A stretch of 23,038 nt of DNA from Armatimonadota bacterium (GTDB lineage: Bacteria > Armatimonadota > Hebobacteria > CAIYQO01): contig JBBRXO010000039.1 of the NCBI GenBank assembly GCA_038248345.1, positions 1 to 23,038 of the forward strand, written 5' to 3'. Both the position numbers and the translations under genes were made by a program. Below are positions 7,815 through 15,960 of this stretch, piece after piece (within the stretch, counting starts at the first letter, position 1; each line of letters starts with the position of its first letter). Below the pieces are notes generated by a model that saw nothing but the letters and a program-made list of their open reading frames with translations, did not search any database and had not been told where the DNA came from.

Positions 7815-8648
7815 ATGAAGTCAATATTACTGGCGCTAAGCGTATTTGCAATTACCATCCCGGTATTTGCACAACCCCATGCTGTCATACAGCCGATCGA
7901 TCCGATAGGCGGAATCAATGGTGGCGCACCCATGGCTGGCAATTTAGGTATCCCGCTTAATCTCATGCCTGCAATGATGCCTGCATTGATGCCAACTTTT
8001 TTAGACGCTAATTCCGATAACAAAGCAATGATCGTTACAAAATTTGGAGCATTTATCATCACAGACGGTTTACTGGTCAAATTTGATGCCAAAACGCTGA
8101 AACCTTTAGGAACTTTTAGACTGCTGGCTGCCCCTACCCCACAAGATATGGGCAACTATATGCTCCCCCTCAAAGGCCCAAAGGGGGAAGTGGCTAACGC
8201 ACCTGTTCCCGGAGTTGCTATGCCCGCGGCACCCGCGGCACAGGTTTTTGACTGGGATAAATATAGCAAAGACAATCAGCGTTTTACCACCAAACCGGTA
8301 ATGATCGTCGACGACGCAGATCTGATAATTATAATATATGACCAATTCACCCGTATAGGGATGGATAAACTCGACATACTGGCCGCTACAGATATCATAG
8401 CCAATAAAAATGCAGACGGAACAGCGGCCGAAGTTAATTTCTTTGGCGAAGTCCCCGGAATAAAACTGTGCGACAACATCCTCTACATTAACCGTGGCGG
8501 TATCATCATGTCAGTCAGTCCTGCCAATGGTAAAGTGCTGGGACAAGTTAAATTCCCAACGGAACTAATGACAAACCAGATGGGCATGATGAATGCTATC
8601 ACGCTAAATGATAAATTCGACATAAAGACAATCAACTTCAACAAGTAA
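7815..8648 (+). CDS. Secreted hypothetical protein, paralog 1 (three propeller-like blades)
   Basis: GGAGGA RBS before ATG 7815; Sec signal peptide MKSILLALSVFAITIPVFA-Q; aligns by eye with the next two ORFs. Confidence 0.8.
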   Translation: MKSILLALSVFAITIPVFAQPHAVIQPIDPIGGINGGAPMAGNLGIPLNLMPAMMPALMPTFLDANSDNKAMIVTKFGAFIITDGLLVKFDAKTLKPLGTFRLLAAPTPQDMGNYMLPLKGPKGEVANAPVPGVAMPAAPAAQVFDWDKYSKDNQRFTTKPVMIVDDADLIIIIYDQFTRIGMDKLDILAATDIIANKNADGTAAEVNFFGEVPGIKLCDNILYINRGGIIMSVSPANGKVLGQVKFPTELMTNQMGMMNAITLNDKFDIKTINFNK

Positions 8649-8703
8649 GCACTATCTTAAGTTATTACGGCACAAGCCGTAGACATAAATAAGGAGAACG
8701 CTA

Positions 8704-9420
8704 ATGAAACAGAGTCTGATTCTAATGGTAGTCCTCGTTGTGGTGACAGCTTTGTCATCCTTCGCCCAAGCCCAAGGTAATGCTGGTGCAGGTACCCCTG
8801 CCCCAGCCGTCATGACCCTCACAGACCAGGGTCTGATCATCGTTCGTGGTGCCGCAGTCGCCAAATTCGACCTCGCCAAACTCGAATCCAAAGGGGTAAT
8901 TGATATCTTCGGCCCCATGCCAGCTGCACCAGCAGCTGGAGCACAGAAGGCTGATAGAATTACTTACCGAGCAGAAATGACAAAACGTGAAGCGACCCCA
9001 GTGATGATCGCTGTTGCTGACACGAAAGCAAAAACCAGCAACCTCTTCATCGTGATCGGTGATCAATTCGTGAACATCGACCTGATTACCTTTAAAGTAC
9101 TGGCTAACGTTTCAACAGCGGCACCGGTAGATCCTGCTGGTGTTGATCCAAAAGGCAACGGTCGTGGTCAATGGCAGCAGGCTGCTGCTATTATTCCTGT
9201 GTTACAATACAACGAAAAAGAAGGAACCCTGTACGTACTGAAGGGCACCGGTATTATCACAATCAATGTCGCAGATGGCAAAGTAGCCGCACGTGGAACC
9301 TTGCCGAAAGAGCTGATACCAGCTAATGCCAACCCATGGGGCGGCAAAGGTGGCGGCAAAGGCGGGGGTAACAATCAGCCACCTGCTGCTGATCCAGTTC
9401 CGGCAGTACCCGTAAATTAG
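8704..9420 (+). CDS. Secreted hypothetical protein, paralog 2
   Basis: AAGGAG RBS; signal peptide ending SFAQA; same three blocks; Gly/Pro-rich tail. Confidence 0.82.
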   Translation: MKQSLILMVVLVVVTALSSFAQAQGNAGAGTPAPAVMTLTDQGLIIVRGAAVAKFDLAKLESKGVIDIFGPMPAAPAAGAQKADRITYRAEMTKREATPVMIAVADTKAKTSNLFIVIGDQFVNIDLITFKVLANVSTAAPVDPAGVDPKGNGRGQWQQAAAIIPVLQYNEKEGTLYVLKGTGIITINVADGKVAARGTLPKELIPANANPWGGKGGGKGGGNNQPPAADPVPAVPVN

Positions 9421-9471
9421 CAACAGCAAAATAGCGATTTCGGATCAATCAAAATAAACCGCGCTTACGTA

Positions 9472-9516
9472 GTACTGTCATCGGTTACCAGGTAAACCGG
9501 TACCCGATGACAGTAT
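9472..9516 (+). promoter_or_regulatory. Long intergenic stem-loop between paralogs 2 and 3
   Basis: TACTGTCATCGG/CCGATGACAGTA 12-bp perfect stem extended by TACC/GGTA; no clear U tract. Confidence 0.6.
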
Positions 9517-9544
9517 ATGGTTTATGCTTCAAGGAGATAATACT

Positions 9545-10507
9545 ATGAGAATTTCTATCATACTCTGCCTGGTGATAACGCTGGGGATACATGCGCTAGC
9601 AGCAATTACCCCGCCAACAAATCCTGGCGTTAAACCTGCTATACCCCAGAATGATGCTGCTGGCATCGTACAAGCTAAAGTCGTCACCGGCACCACAAAT
9701 AACCAGGGTACGGTGATGGAATCCACCAAGGCAGGGCTTTTTGTCATCATCAATGGAAACATCGTCAAATACGAGAATGCCACGCTGGAGGAGCTGGGGA
9801 AATTGGCGCTATTGCCTGCACTCCCTGCTACTCCTCCTGATGTTCGGGTCGATCGTACGGCATTTATGAAATACTTCTCTGATCAGGCACAACGCCGGAT
9901 TGCTCCTCAAGTTATCTCTACCGATACAGAGTTACTACTCTACTACGTCGGTCAATATTATCGGATTGATTCTGACAAAATGGAGATCAAAGCACAGTCA
10001 GTAGTCGTTAAGCCTCCAGTAGCCGGGGGCATAATTTTTCAAATGAATAATGCCCCTCCTACAGCGACAATGATTGCAAATGACAAAGCAGTGTATTTTC
10101 TCACCGACACTGAGATTATCTCCATCGATAAAGAAACCGGCAAAGAACTTTTACGCAGCAAAATCCCAGTAGGGATTGCAGTAGCCCCTCCCGTACAGTG
10201 GAATCCAAATCCGGGCGGTGGCCCAGGCGCCGGTGGCTATACCCCACCGACACCAGTAAAGACAACTGTGACCAAAATCGGCACAGTTATCAATCATGCG
10301 GATGTCGAAGGTGGCATCTGGACAATTAAAGATGATACCTTAGATGAGTATATACTCACCGGCACAAAACTGGAAACGTTACTTGCTGAAGATGGTATTG
10401 AAGGCAAAAAGATTCGGGTCACCGGTATTATGACACCTCCCGGCGGAGCGCATAATTTCGGCAAGGGTTCGATTGAATTCACCGACTATCAGGTTATCCC
10501 CGAATAA
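9545..10507 (+). CDS. Secreted hypothetical protein, paralog 3, with an extra C-terminal OB-fold-like domain
   Basis: AAGGAG RBS before ATG 9545; signal peptide ending HALA; three blocks, GP-rich linker, then GTV..VEGGIWTI..YILTG..GKKIRVTG. Confidence 0.82.
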   Translation: MRISIILCLVITLGIHALAAITPPTNPGVKPAIPQNDAAGIVQAKVVTGTTNNQGTVMESTKAGLFVIINGNIVKYENATLEELGKLALLPALPATPPDVRVDRTAFMKYFSDQAQRRIAPQVISTDTELLLYYVGQYYRIDSDKMEIKAQSVVVKPPVAGGIIFQMNNAPPTATMIANDKAVYFLTDTEIISIDKETGKELLRSKIPVGIAVAPPVQWNPNPGGGPGAGGYTPPTPVKTTVTKIGTVINHADVEGGIWTIKDDTLDEYILTGTKLETLLAEDGIEGKKIRVTGIMTPPGGAHNFGKGSIEFTDYQVIPE

Positions 10508-10533
10508 CCTCCAACAAACTAAATACCAAGGTC

Positions 10534-10565
10534 TGGGGCACCGTAAGGTGCCCCATTTCGTTTTT
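10534..10565 (+). terminator. Intrinsic terminator after the paralog trio
   Basis: TGGGGCACC-GTAA-GGTGCCCCA followed by TTTCGTTTTT. Confidence 0.88.
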
Positions 10566-10569
10566 ATAC

Positions 10570-10598
10570 TTGGAGTGACCCGCAAATTCGCGTATAAT
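10570..10598 (+). promoter_or_regulatory. Promoter of gatB
   Basis: TTGGAG, 17 nt, TATAAT. Confidence 0.6.
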
Positions 10599-10629
10599 TA
10601 CAGTATTCGATAAGTGAAGGATATCAGCT

Positions 10630-12075
10630 ATGAGTAATTATGAACCTGTAATTGGATTTGAAGTACATGCCGAATTAGCCACTAAATCAAAGATATTCTG
10701 CGGCTGCAGCACTACCCCCGGTGCTGCCGCTAATACCCATACCTGCCCTGTATGCCTGGGATTACCCGGTGCATTGCCGGTCTTTAACCGGGAGGCACAA
10801 GAATTTGCTTTGAAGGTAGCACTTGCCTGCCATTGCAAAATATCTTCCCCCGCGGTATTTGAACGAAAAAATTACTATTATCCTGATCTGCCGAAGAATT
10901 ACCAGATTTCGCAGAAACGGGCTCCCTTTGGTCTCGATGGCTACTTCGACATCGAATTACCAGATGGCAACAGTAAACGTATATCCATTGTCGACATTCA
11001 CCTGGAAGAAGACGCCGGCAAGCTGGCCCACCCGGATGATAAGAAGTCAGCCGCTTATAGCCTGGTAGACTTTAACCGCGCCAGTGTCCCCCTGCTGGAG
11101 ATCGTCTCCGGGCCAGATATCGGCAGTATCGCCGAGGCAGAGGCCTACATGTCTGCCATGCGCCAGTTATTGCAATTTTTGGGGGTATCCGAAGCTCGCA
11201 TGGAGCTAGGGCAGATTCGTTTTGAGGCAAATGTCTCCGTTCGACCAGTGGGATCGAGTGAGCTGCGCAAGCGAGTAGAAATGAAAAACCTTAACTCCTT
11301 CCGCACAGTGGTAAATGCCTCGGAATACGAGATCGCCCGTCAAACAGAAGCCTATGAAAACGGTGAAGAGATAGTGCAGGAGACGCGCCTGTGGGATGAT
11401 GTGCGCGGAATTACCGTCAGCATGCGCTCCAAAGAAGATGCCCATGATTACCGCTATTTTCCAGATCCAGACCTGGTCTCGATGGTCTTTACTGATGAAT
11501 ATCTAGCGAGTGTCTATGCCTCCCTGCCCGAATTGCCCGCCGCCCGCCGGACGCGTTTCATTGAACAGTTCGGCCTGCCGGAATATGATGCCCGCTTACT
11601 TACCGCCGACAAACCGGTCGCCGACTTTGTTGATGCAGTTATCGCGCTGGGAATATCGCCGAAACTCGTATCCAATTGGACGATGGGCGAGCTGCTCCGC
11701 TCGCTGAACGAAAAGTCACTGCCGCCCGAAGAAAACCCCATCAGCCCGGAGATGATGGCCGAGCTACTCCACCTGCTGGATAGTGGAAAAATCAACGCTG
11801 GCCAGGCAAAACAAGTCTTCGCAGAGATGTTCAACACTGGTGGCGACCCTGCGGAGATAGCAAAAGCACGCGGCCTGGAGCAGATGACTGATACCGGAGA
11901 ATTGGAGGCAATAATTGATGCAATCATCGCCGCGAACCCCGATCCTTGTGCCCGCTTCGCCGCTGGTGAGGACAAGCCACTAGCCTTCCTGGTAGGGCAG
12001 ATCATGCGGCAATCCAAGGGAAAGGCAAATGCTGCACTGGTGAATGAGTTGTTGGGGAAGAAATTACGCCCATAA
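10630..12075 (+). CDS. gatB: Asp-tRNA(Asn)/Glu-tRNA(Gln) amidotransferase subunit B
   Basis: VIGFEVHAEL.TKSKIFC, CPVCLGLPGALP, RKNYYYPDLPKNYQISQ, HLEEDAGK, RSKE.AHDYRYFP, C-terminal Yqey-like domain. Confidence 0.97.
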   Translation: MSNYEPVIGFEVHAELATKSKIFCGCSTTPGAAANTHTCPVCLGLPGALPVFNREAQEFALKVALACHCKISSPAVFERKNYYYPDLPKNYQISQKRAPFGLDGYFDIELPDGNSKRISIVDIHLEEDAGKLAHPDDKKSAAYSLVDFNRASVPLLEIVSGPDIGSIAEAEAYMSAMRQLLQFLGVSEARMELGQIRFEANVSVRPVGSSELRKRVEMKNLNSFRTVVNASEYEIARQTEAYENGEEIVQETRLWDDVRGITVSMRSKEDAHDYRYFPDPDLVSMVFTDEYLASVYASLPELPAARRTRFIEQFGLPEYDARLLTADKPVADFVDAVIALGISPKLVSNWTMGELLRSLNEKSLPPEENPISPEMMAELLHLLDSGKINAGQAKQVFAEMFNTGGDPAEIAKARGLEQMTDTGELEAIIDAIIAANPDPCARFAAGEDKPLAFLVGQIMRQSKGKANAALVNELLGKKLRP

Positions 12076-12080
12076 AGTAC

Positions 12081-12124
12081 AAAATAAACGCCGTCGCGCC
12101 ACCTTCACGATAGCGCGACGGCGT
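12081..12124. terminator. Terminator between convergent gatB and gcvH
   Basis: ACGCCGTCGCGC/GCGCGACGGCGT 12-bp stem; the A-rich left flank forms a U tract for the gcvH transcript. Confidence 0.75.
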
Positions 12125-12138
12125 CATCAATCAGCTTC

Positions 12139-12510
12139 TTAGTCTAGCTTTGACTGATATTCGATGGCGGTCAACATGCCATTTAATTCTGCGGGAACAG
12201 ACATCTCAATCTTAACCATCCATGCGGCATAGGAGTCGCTATTGATGGTAGCAGGCTCATCAATCAGCGTCTCATTAATCTCAATAACTTTGCCACTCAC
12301 CGGTGTATAGAGGTCAGAGATACTCTTCACCGACTCTACGCTACCCATAACTTCGCCTGCTGTCATATCATCATCAGGACGCGGTAAATCCAGATAAACA
12401 ATTTCGCCCAGCTGTTCCTGCGCAAATTGCGTGATACCAATAACAGCAATGTTACCTTCCACCCGCACCCATTGGTGTGTGGTGGTATACTTCAGATCAT
12501 TAGGATACAT
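12139..12510 (-). CDS. gcvH: Glycine cleavage system H protein (lipoyl carrier)
   Basis: LKYT..H.WVRVEG..IGIT.FAQEQLG.IVY.DLP, lipoyl motif VESVKSISDLYTPVSG; AAGGAGG RBS. Confidence 0.93.
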   Translation of the reverse strand: MYPNDLKYTTTHQWVRVEGNIAVIGITQFAQEQLGEIVYLDLPRPDDDMTAGEVMGSVESVKSISDLYTPVSGKVIEINETLIDEPATINSDSYAAWMVKIEMSVPAELNGMLTAIEYQSKLD

Positions 12511-12601
12511 ATTACCCCTCCTTTAATTCCTTCTCGTTCTGTGCTTTTTTTCGGCACATTATTATTGATACAACGCGAAGCGGGGAATTCCCTTTTTTTC
12601 T

Positions 12602-12630
12602 TTGCGAAAATCTGCAAATTTGGTTACAAT
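12602..12630 (+). promoter_or_regulatory. Putative promoter giving a leaderless Nudix-MFS mRNA
   Basis: TTGCGA, 17 nt, TACAAT, 6 nt, ATG at 12637; no Shine-Dalgarno. Confidence 0.6.
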
Positions 12631-12636
12631 GTGTAC

Positions 12637-13107
12637 ATGTCATCGATATCAACGAGCAAAGTTGAGATTCAAGTGTTTCACCGCAGATTGAGCAACCCCC
12701 TCTTTCTGACACTGCGACATGCGGATGAAACGCCCTTTGCAGGCAAATGGGGCATCCTGACCGGTGATGTACGGGAATTCGAATTACCCGTCAACGCTGC
12801 CTTGCAGACACTGGTAGAAAAAACCGCGCTGAAACCGATCGCTATCTGGGCACTTGACTACATCCATAGTTATTATGACCACCGTACCGATACAATTTAT
12901 ATGTGCCCATCATTCGCCATTGAAATCGAAAATGACAAACACACCCTTGATAGGGTGTACTACGATTCCTCACGCTGGATTACTGCAGCACAAGCAATTA
13001 CCTTGCTGAATTGGCCCGGTCAGAGCGAGGGGTTGCGACGGGCAGCAGAAGACGTAGTCTTCGCCTCAGATCGCGGCGCTGCTTTTCGGATAAATCCTCA
13101 TGAATAA
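12637..13107 (+). CDS. Nudix-fold protein (NudB-like) with a degenerate Nudix box
   Basis: FLTLR....FAGKW..LTG.V..FE.P..AA, then W....A..LL.W..Q. Start moved to ATG 12637 because the upstream ORF extension overlaps gcvH. Confidence 0.75.
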   Translation: MSSISTSKVEIQVFHRRLSNPLFLTLRHADETPFAGKWGILTGDVREFELPVNAALQTLVEKTALKPIAIWALDYIHSYYDHRTDTIYMCPSFAIEIENDKHTLDRVYYDSSRWITAAQAITLLNWPGQSEGLRRAAEDVVFASDRGAAFRINPHE

Positions 13108-14425
13108 TGAGGATGACCTTGAAACCCCGCACACGCCCCACCCTCCGATAATAATCCCCGCCAACTATGGCTTTTGGCCTGAAGCACTACGCTCACTCCG
13201 TCATCGTAATTACCTCTATTTCTTCGCCGGTCAGCTTATCTCACTTCTCGGTACCTGGATGCAAAATGCTGCCCAGGGATGGCTACTTCCTATTCTGGCC
13301 AGCCGCGACTTTCATGTAGCTAACACTTCATATTATGTAGGCGCCGTCAGCGCTATTGCCACTACACCGATGTTCTTTCTTATCCTCTTCGCCGGGGTAG
13401 TTGCCGACCGCCGAGATAAACGTTCGATCCTGCTGATAACCCAGTCGATCATGATGATCTCAGCATTTGTCCTCGCCTATGTCACCCATTTCCATTATGA
13501 CCAGCTGCACATCTGGCATCTGGCAATATTTGGTATCATTGGCGGCATCACCATGTCCTTCGATATGCCCACCCGTCAATCATATGTCAAAGAACTCGTC
13601 GGTATCCAGGATATCGGCAACGCAATCGCACTTAACTCAGCTATCTTCAATGCCGCGCGGATATGTGGCCCGGTCATTGCCGGCACACTTATCGCCTTGC
13701 CCTATATCGGCATGGAAGGGGCTTTTCTTATCAACGGCATCAGCTATATCGCCGTTATCATCGGCCTCTATCTCATCAATACCCGCACTATCGCGATGCC
13801 ACCGAGTGATAACAACCTCTGGGGGCACCTGCGCGAGGGCTTCAGTTACGTCCGTCATCAACGCGCCATCCGCCTGATACTGCTGATAATGGCCATTTTC
13901 AGCGTCTTCGGCTTCTCCAGTAATATCCTCTTCCCGGTCATTGCACATGAAGTGCTCAAAGTCGGGATTCGCGAATATACTTGGATGGTCACCAGCATGG
14001 GCATCGGCGCCTTCATCGGGGCGATTCTCCTCGCGCAATACTCCTCGCACATCAACAAAGGAACCATGCTGATGCTCGGAGGTACCATCTGCGGGGCGTC
14101 GCTCATCGCCTTCTGCAGTGCACAGATGCTTCATTCTTTGTGGGGATGCCTGGCGGCCCTCCCCTTCATTGGCGGCGGCCTGATCATCACCAGCGCCTCC
14201 ATTAACAGTCTCATCCAGGAGCTCGCGCCGGATCATCTGCGGGGACGTGTAGTGAGTATCTGGGCCTTCCTCTTCGCCGGCCTCACTCCTTTGGGAGCCT
14301 TCACAGTCGGCGGAATCGCCCACTTCACCAGTCCAGCCATCTCCAGCCTAGTAGGCGGCATCGTCTGTATCCTCACCATCGCCGTAACCAGTTTGGCTTC
14401 GCCGTGGGTGTGGAAACTGAAATGA
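13100..14425 (+). CDS. MFS transporter (MFS_3 / EntS-DHA3-like)
   Basis: SLRHRNY..FFAGQLISLLGTWMQ, motif A AGVVADRRDKR, FDMPTRQS, NAIALNS..FNAAR..GP, PDHLRGRV; about 12 TM segments. Confidence 0.92.
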   Translation: MNNEDDLETPHTPHPPIIIPANYGFWPEALRSLRHRNYLYFFAGQLISLLGTWMQNAAQGWLLPILASRDFHVANTSYYVGAVSAIATTPMFFLILFAGVVADRRDKRSILLITQSIMMISAFVLAYVTHFHYDQLHIWHLAIFGIIGGITMSFDMPTRQSYVKELVGIQDIGNAIALNSAIFNAARICGPVIAGTLIALPYIGMEGAFLINGISYIAVIIGLYLINTRTIAMPPSDNNLWGHLREGFSYVRHQRAIRLILLIMAIFSVFGFSSNILFPVIAHEVLKVGIREYTWMVTSMGIGAFIGAILLAQYSSHINKGTMLMLGGTICGASLIAFCSAQMLHSLWGCLAALPFIGGGLIITSASINSLIQELAPDHLRGRVVSIWAFLFAGLTPLGAFTVGGIAHFTSPAISSLVGGIVCILTIAVTSLASPWVWKLK

Positions 14426-14455
14426 GGTGCTTATTTGTAATAACACCTCTTTTTT
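14424..14455 (+). terminator. Intrinsic terminator after the MFS gene
   Basis: GAGGTG(C)TTATT-TGT-AATAACACCTC followed by T6. Confidence 0.7.
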
Positions 14456-14551
14456 GGCTCTATGAAGAAAAATTCACGGGCAATTCAGAGATGTTTGCTA
14501 ATTAATTTACCAGCACCGTATAACTAATTTGTCATCATGTCGATCCTTTTA

Positions 14552-14944
14552 TCATGTTAAGCAGATAGCGGCGTTGATAACCGGTGAATCATTGTCCTCG
14601 ATCACACCGCGATTAAGCTCCAGCACTTGGATTTGCTCGGGGGCGAAGAAGCGTTGCAACACCGGGATCGCCATATTGGGATCCGTATGCTGGCCGCAGG
14701 TGAAAATATCCACGGCGATATAGCCGTGCAACGGCCAGGTTTGTACCATCACATGCGACTCGGCCAGAATCGCGACGCCATTCATACCTGCAGACGCGCT
14801 GGGATATACGCGCAAATCAAGTAACGTGGCCCCGCACGCCGTAATAGTCCGAGTGATGGCTTCCTCCACTGTATCCTGTGAGCACATGGCGGTGATATCG
14901 CAGCCCCATAACTCGACAATTAAATGTCGTCCAACTCGTTGCAT
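14552..14944 (-). CDS. speD: S-adenosylmethionine decarboxylase-family proenzyme (class 1B, divergent)
   Basis: GRHLIVELWGC, ILAESH cleavage site, TWP..GY.AVDIFTCG, LNRG; GGAGG RBS. Confidence 0.85.
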   Translation of the reverse strand: MQRVGRHLIVELWGCDITAMCSQDTVEEAITRTITACGATLLDLRVYPSASAGMNGVAILAESHVMVQTWPLHGYIAVDIFTCGQHTDPNMAIPVLQRFFAPEQIQVLELNRGVIEDNDSPVINAAICLT

Positions 14945-15008
14945 CTCTACCCTCCACGACCGCCGTGGGGTCTATGCCCGACGGTGTCGTTACATATTCG
15001 TAAAATAA

Positions 15009-15851
15009 TCACATCTGAGCAGGTAGCTCAATACTAATACCCGTCCCGGCCCAGATCACACCGCTACCCAGTTCCTCACGCAAAATCTCAAAGGCTCGCT
15101 GCCCGGTACAATGGTTGACCCAGAGATTTTGGATGTGAAAGTTCTGCAGGTCATGTGCTAACTCGATGACAGCTGCCTCTTCTCGGTCATGCAAATGCAA
15201 ACCACCGACCACCGCGTATATCTGTGGTACGCCGGTTATTAGCTGGGCAGTAAGAATCGTATTGATCACTCCGGCGTGACAACAGCCGGTGATAATAACC
15301 AGCCCCTGTTCCGTCATCAGCACGATCGACTGCTCATCGGAGAAGGTATCAGTGCGCCAGCGGTCCCCGCGCATGCGTTGAAAATACGGTTTTGCCGGTA
15401 CTCCCATAAAATTCGGGATGCTCCCCGTACTCCATATCCCCGGCGCGAGTAGCCGCGCAACACTGGCTGGTTGCCAGGTGACGTGCTTGGCGTCCAGCAA
15501 GTATTGCGACCATGGGATACCAATTGAGCGTGGTAGCGCATTTTTCGGACAGGCTATCCGCTCTTCCCACGCATGCGGATGCACCAAAATCCTGGGCGTG
15601 ACGCCGGTATCCAACAATGCCGGTATGCCACCGGTATGGTCATAATGCCCATGCGTGAGCACGACCTGGGTGATCGCGGCGAGGTCAATACCCAGCGTCT
15701 GGGCATTCTGGAGAAAACATCCATCCTGACCGGTGTCAATCAAGACATGTTCCTCACCCACCTCCAGCCAGAGACTCAACCCATGCTGGGCAATCAGATT
15801 GGGCTGGTGAGTCGTATTTTCGATTAAGACTGTGACGGTCATACTGGACAT
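15009..15851 (-). CDS. MBL-fold metallo-hydrolase (COG1237 / MJ0301-like)
   Basis: VLIEN, HGLSLW, IDTG, THGHYDHTGG, DEQS, ITGCCHAG, GGLHL, HCTG. Start uncertain (15896, 15851 or 15842). Confidence 0.88.
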   Translation of the reverse strand: MSSMTVTVLIENTTHQPNLIAQHGLSLWLEVGEEHVLIDTGQDGCFLQNAQTLGIDLAAITQVVLTHGHYDHTGGIPALLDTGVTPRILVHPHAWEERIACPKNALPRSIGIPWSQYLLDAKHVTWQPASVARLLAPGIWSTGSIPNFMGVPAKPYFQRMRGDRWRTDTFSDEQSIVLMTEQGLVIITGCCHAGVINTILTAQLITGVPQIYAVVGGLHLHDREEAAVIELAHDLQNFHIQNLWVNHCTGQRAFEILREELGSGVIWAGTGISIELPAQM

Positions 15852-15883
15852 GGCAAAAAAGACTCTTTTCGTTACGGTGTAGT

Positions 15884-15913
15884 TTGCACTTATCATCTAC
15901 TTACTGCTATACT
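15884..15913 (+). promoter_or_regulatory. Putative promoter of the iscU-like gene
   Basis: TTGCAC, 18 nt, TATACT with an extended -10 TG; an opposite-strand TTGACA lies at 15916-15921. Confidence 0.55.
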
Positions 15914-15960
15914 TTTGTCAAGAGGTGCAGGACACATCCCACCGGTGAAAGGACTATCTG

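Noticed and set aside
9337..9370. GGCGGCAAAGG repeat encoding GGKGGGKGGG
   Set aside because: Low-complexity coding linker with two copies only.
10630..12075. gatB without gatC/gatA
   Set aside because: Split gat genes are common in many bacterial phyla.
12427..12636. 70-aa N-terminal extension of the Nudix ORF
   Set aside because: TTG start inside gcvH on the opposite strand and spans the promoter region; ATG 12637 fits better.
13637..14323. 228-aa minus-strand ORF within the MFS gene
   Set aside because: Typical antisense frame of a hydrophobic gene with C-rich third positions; no motif.
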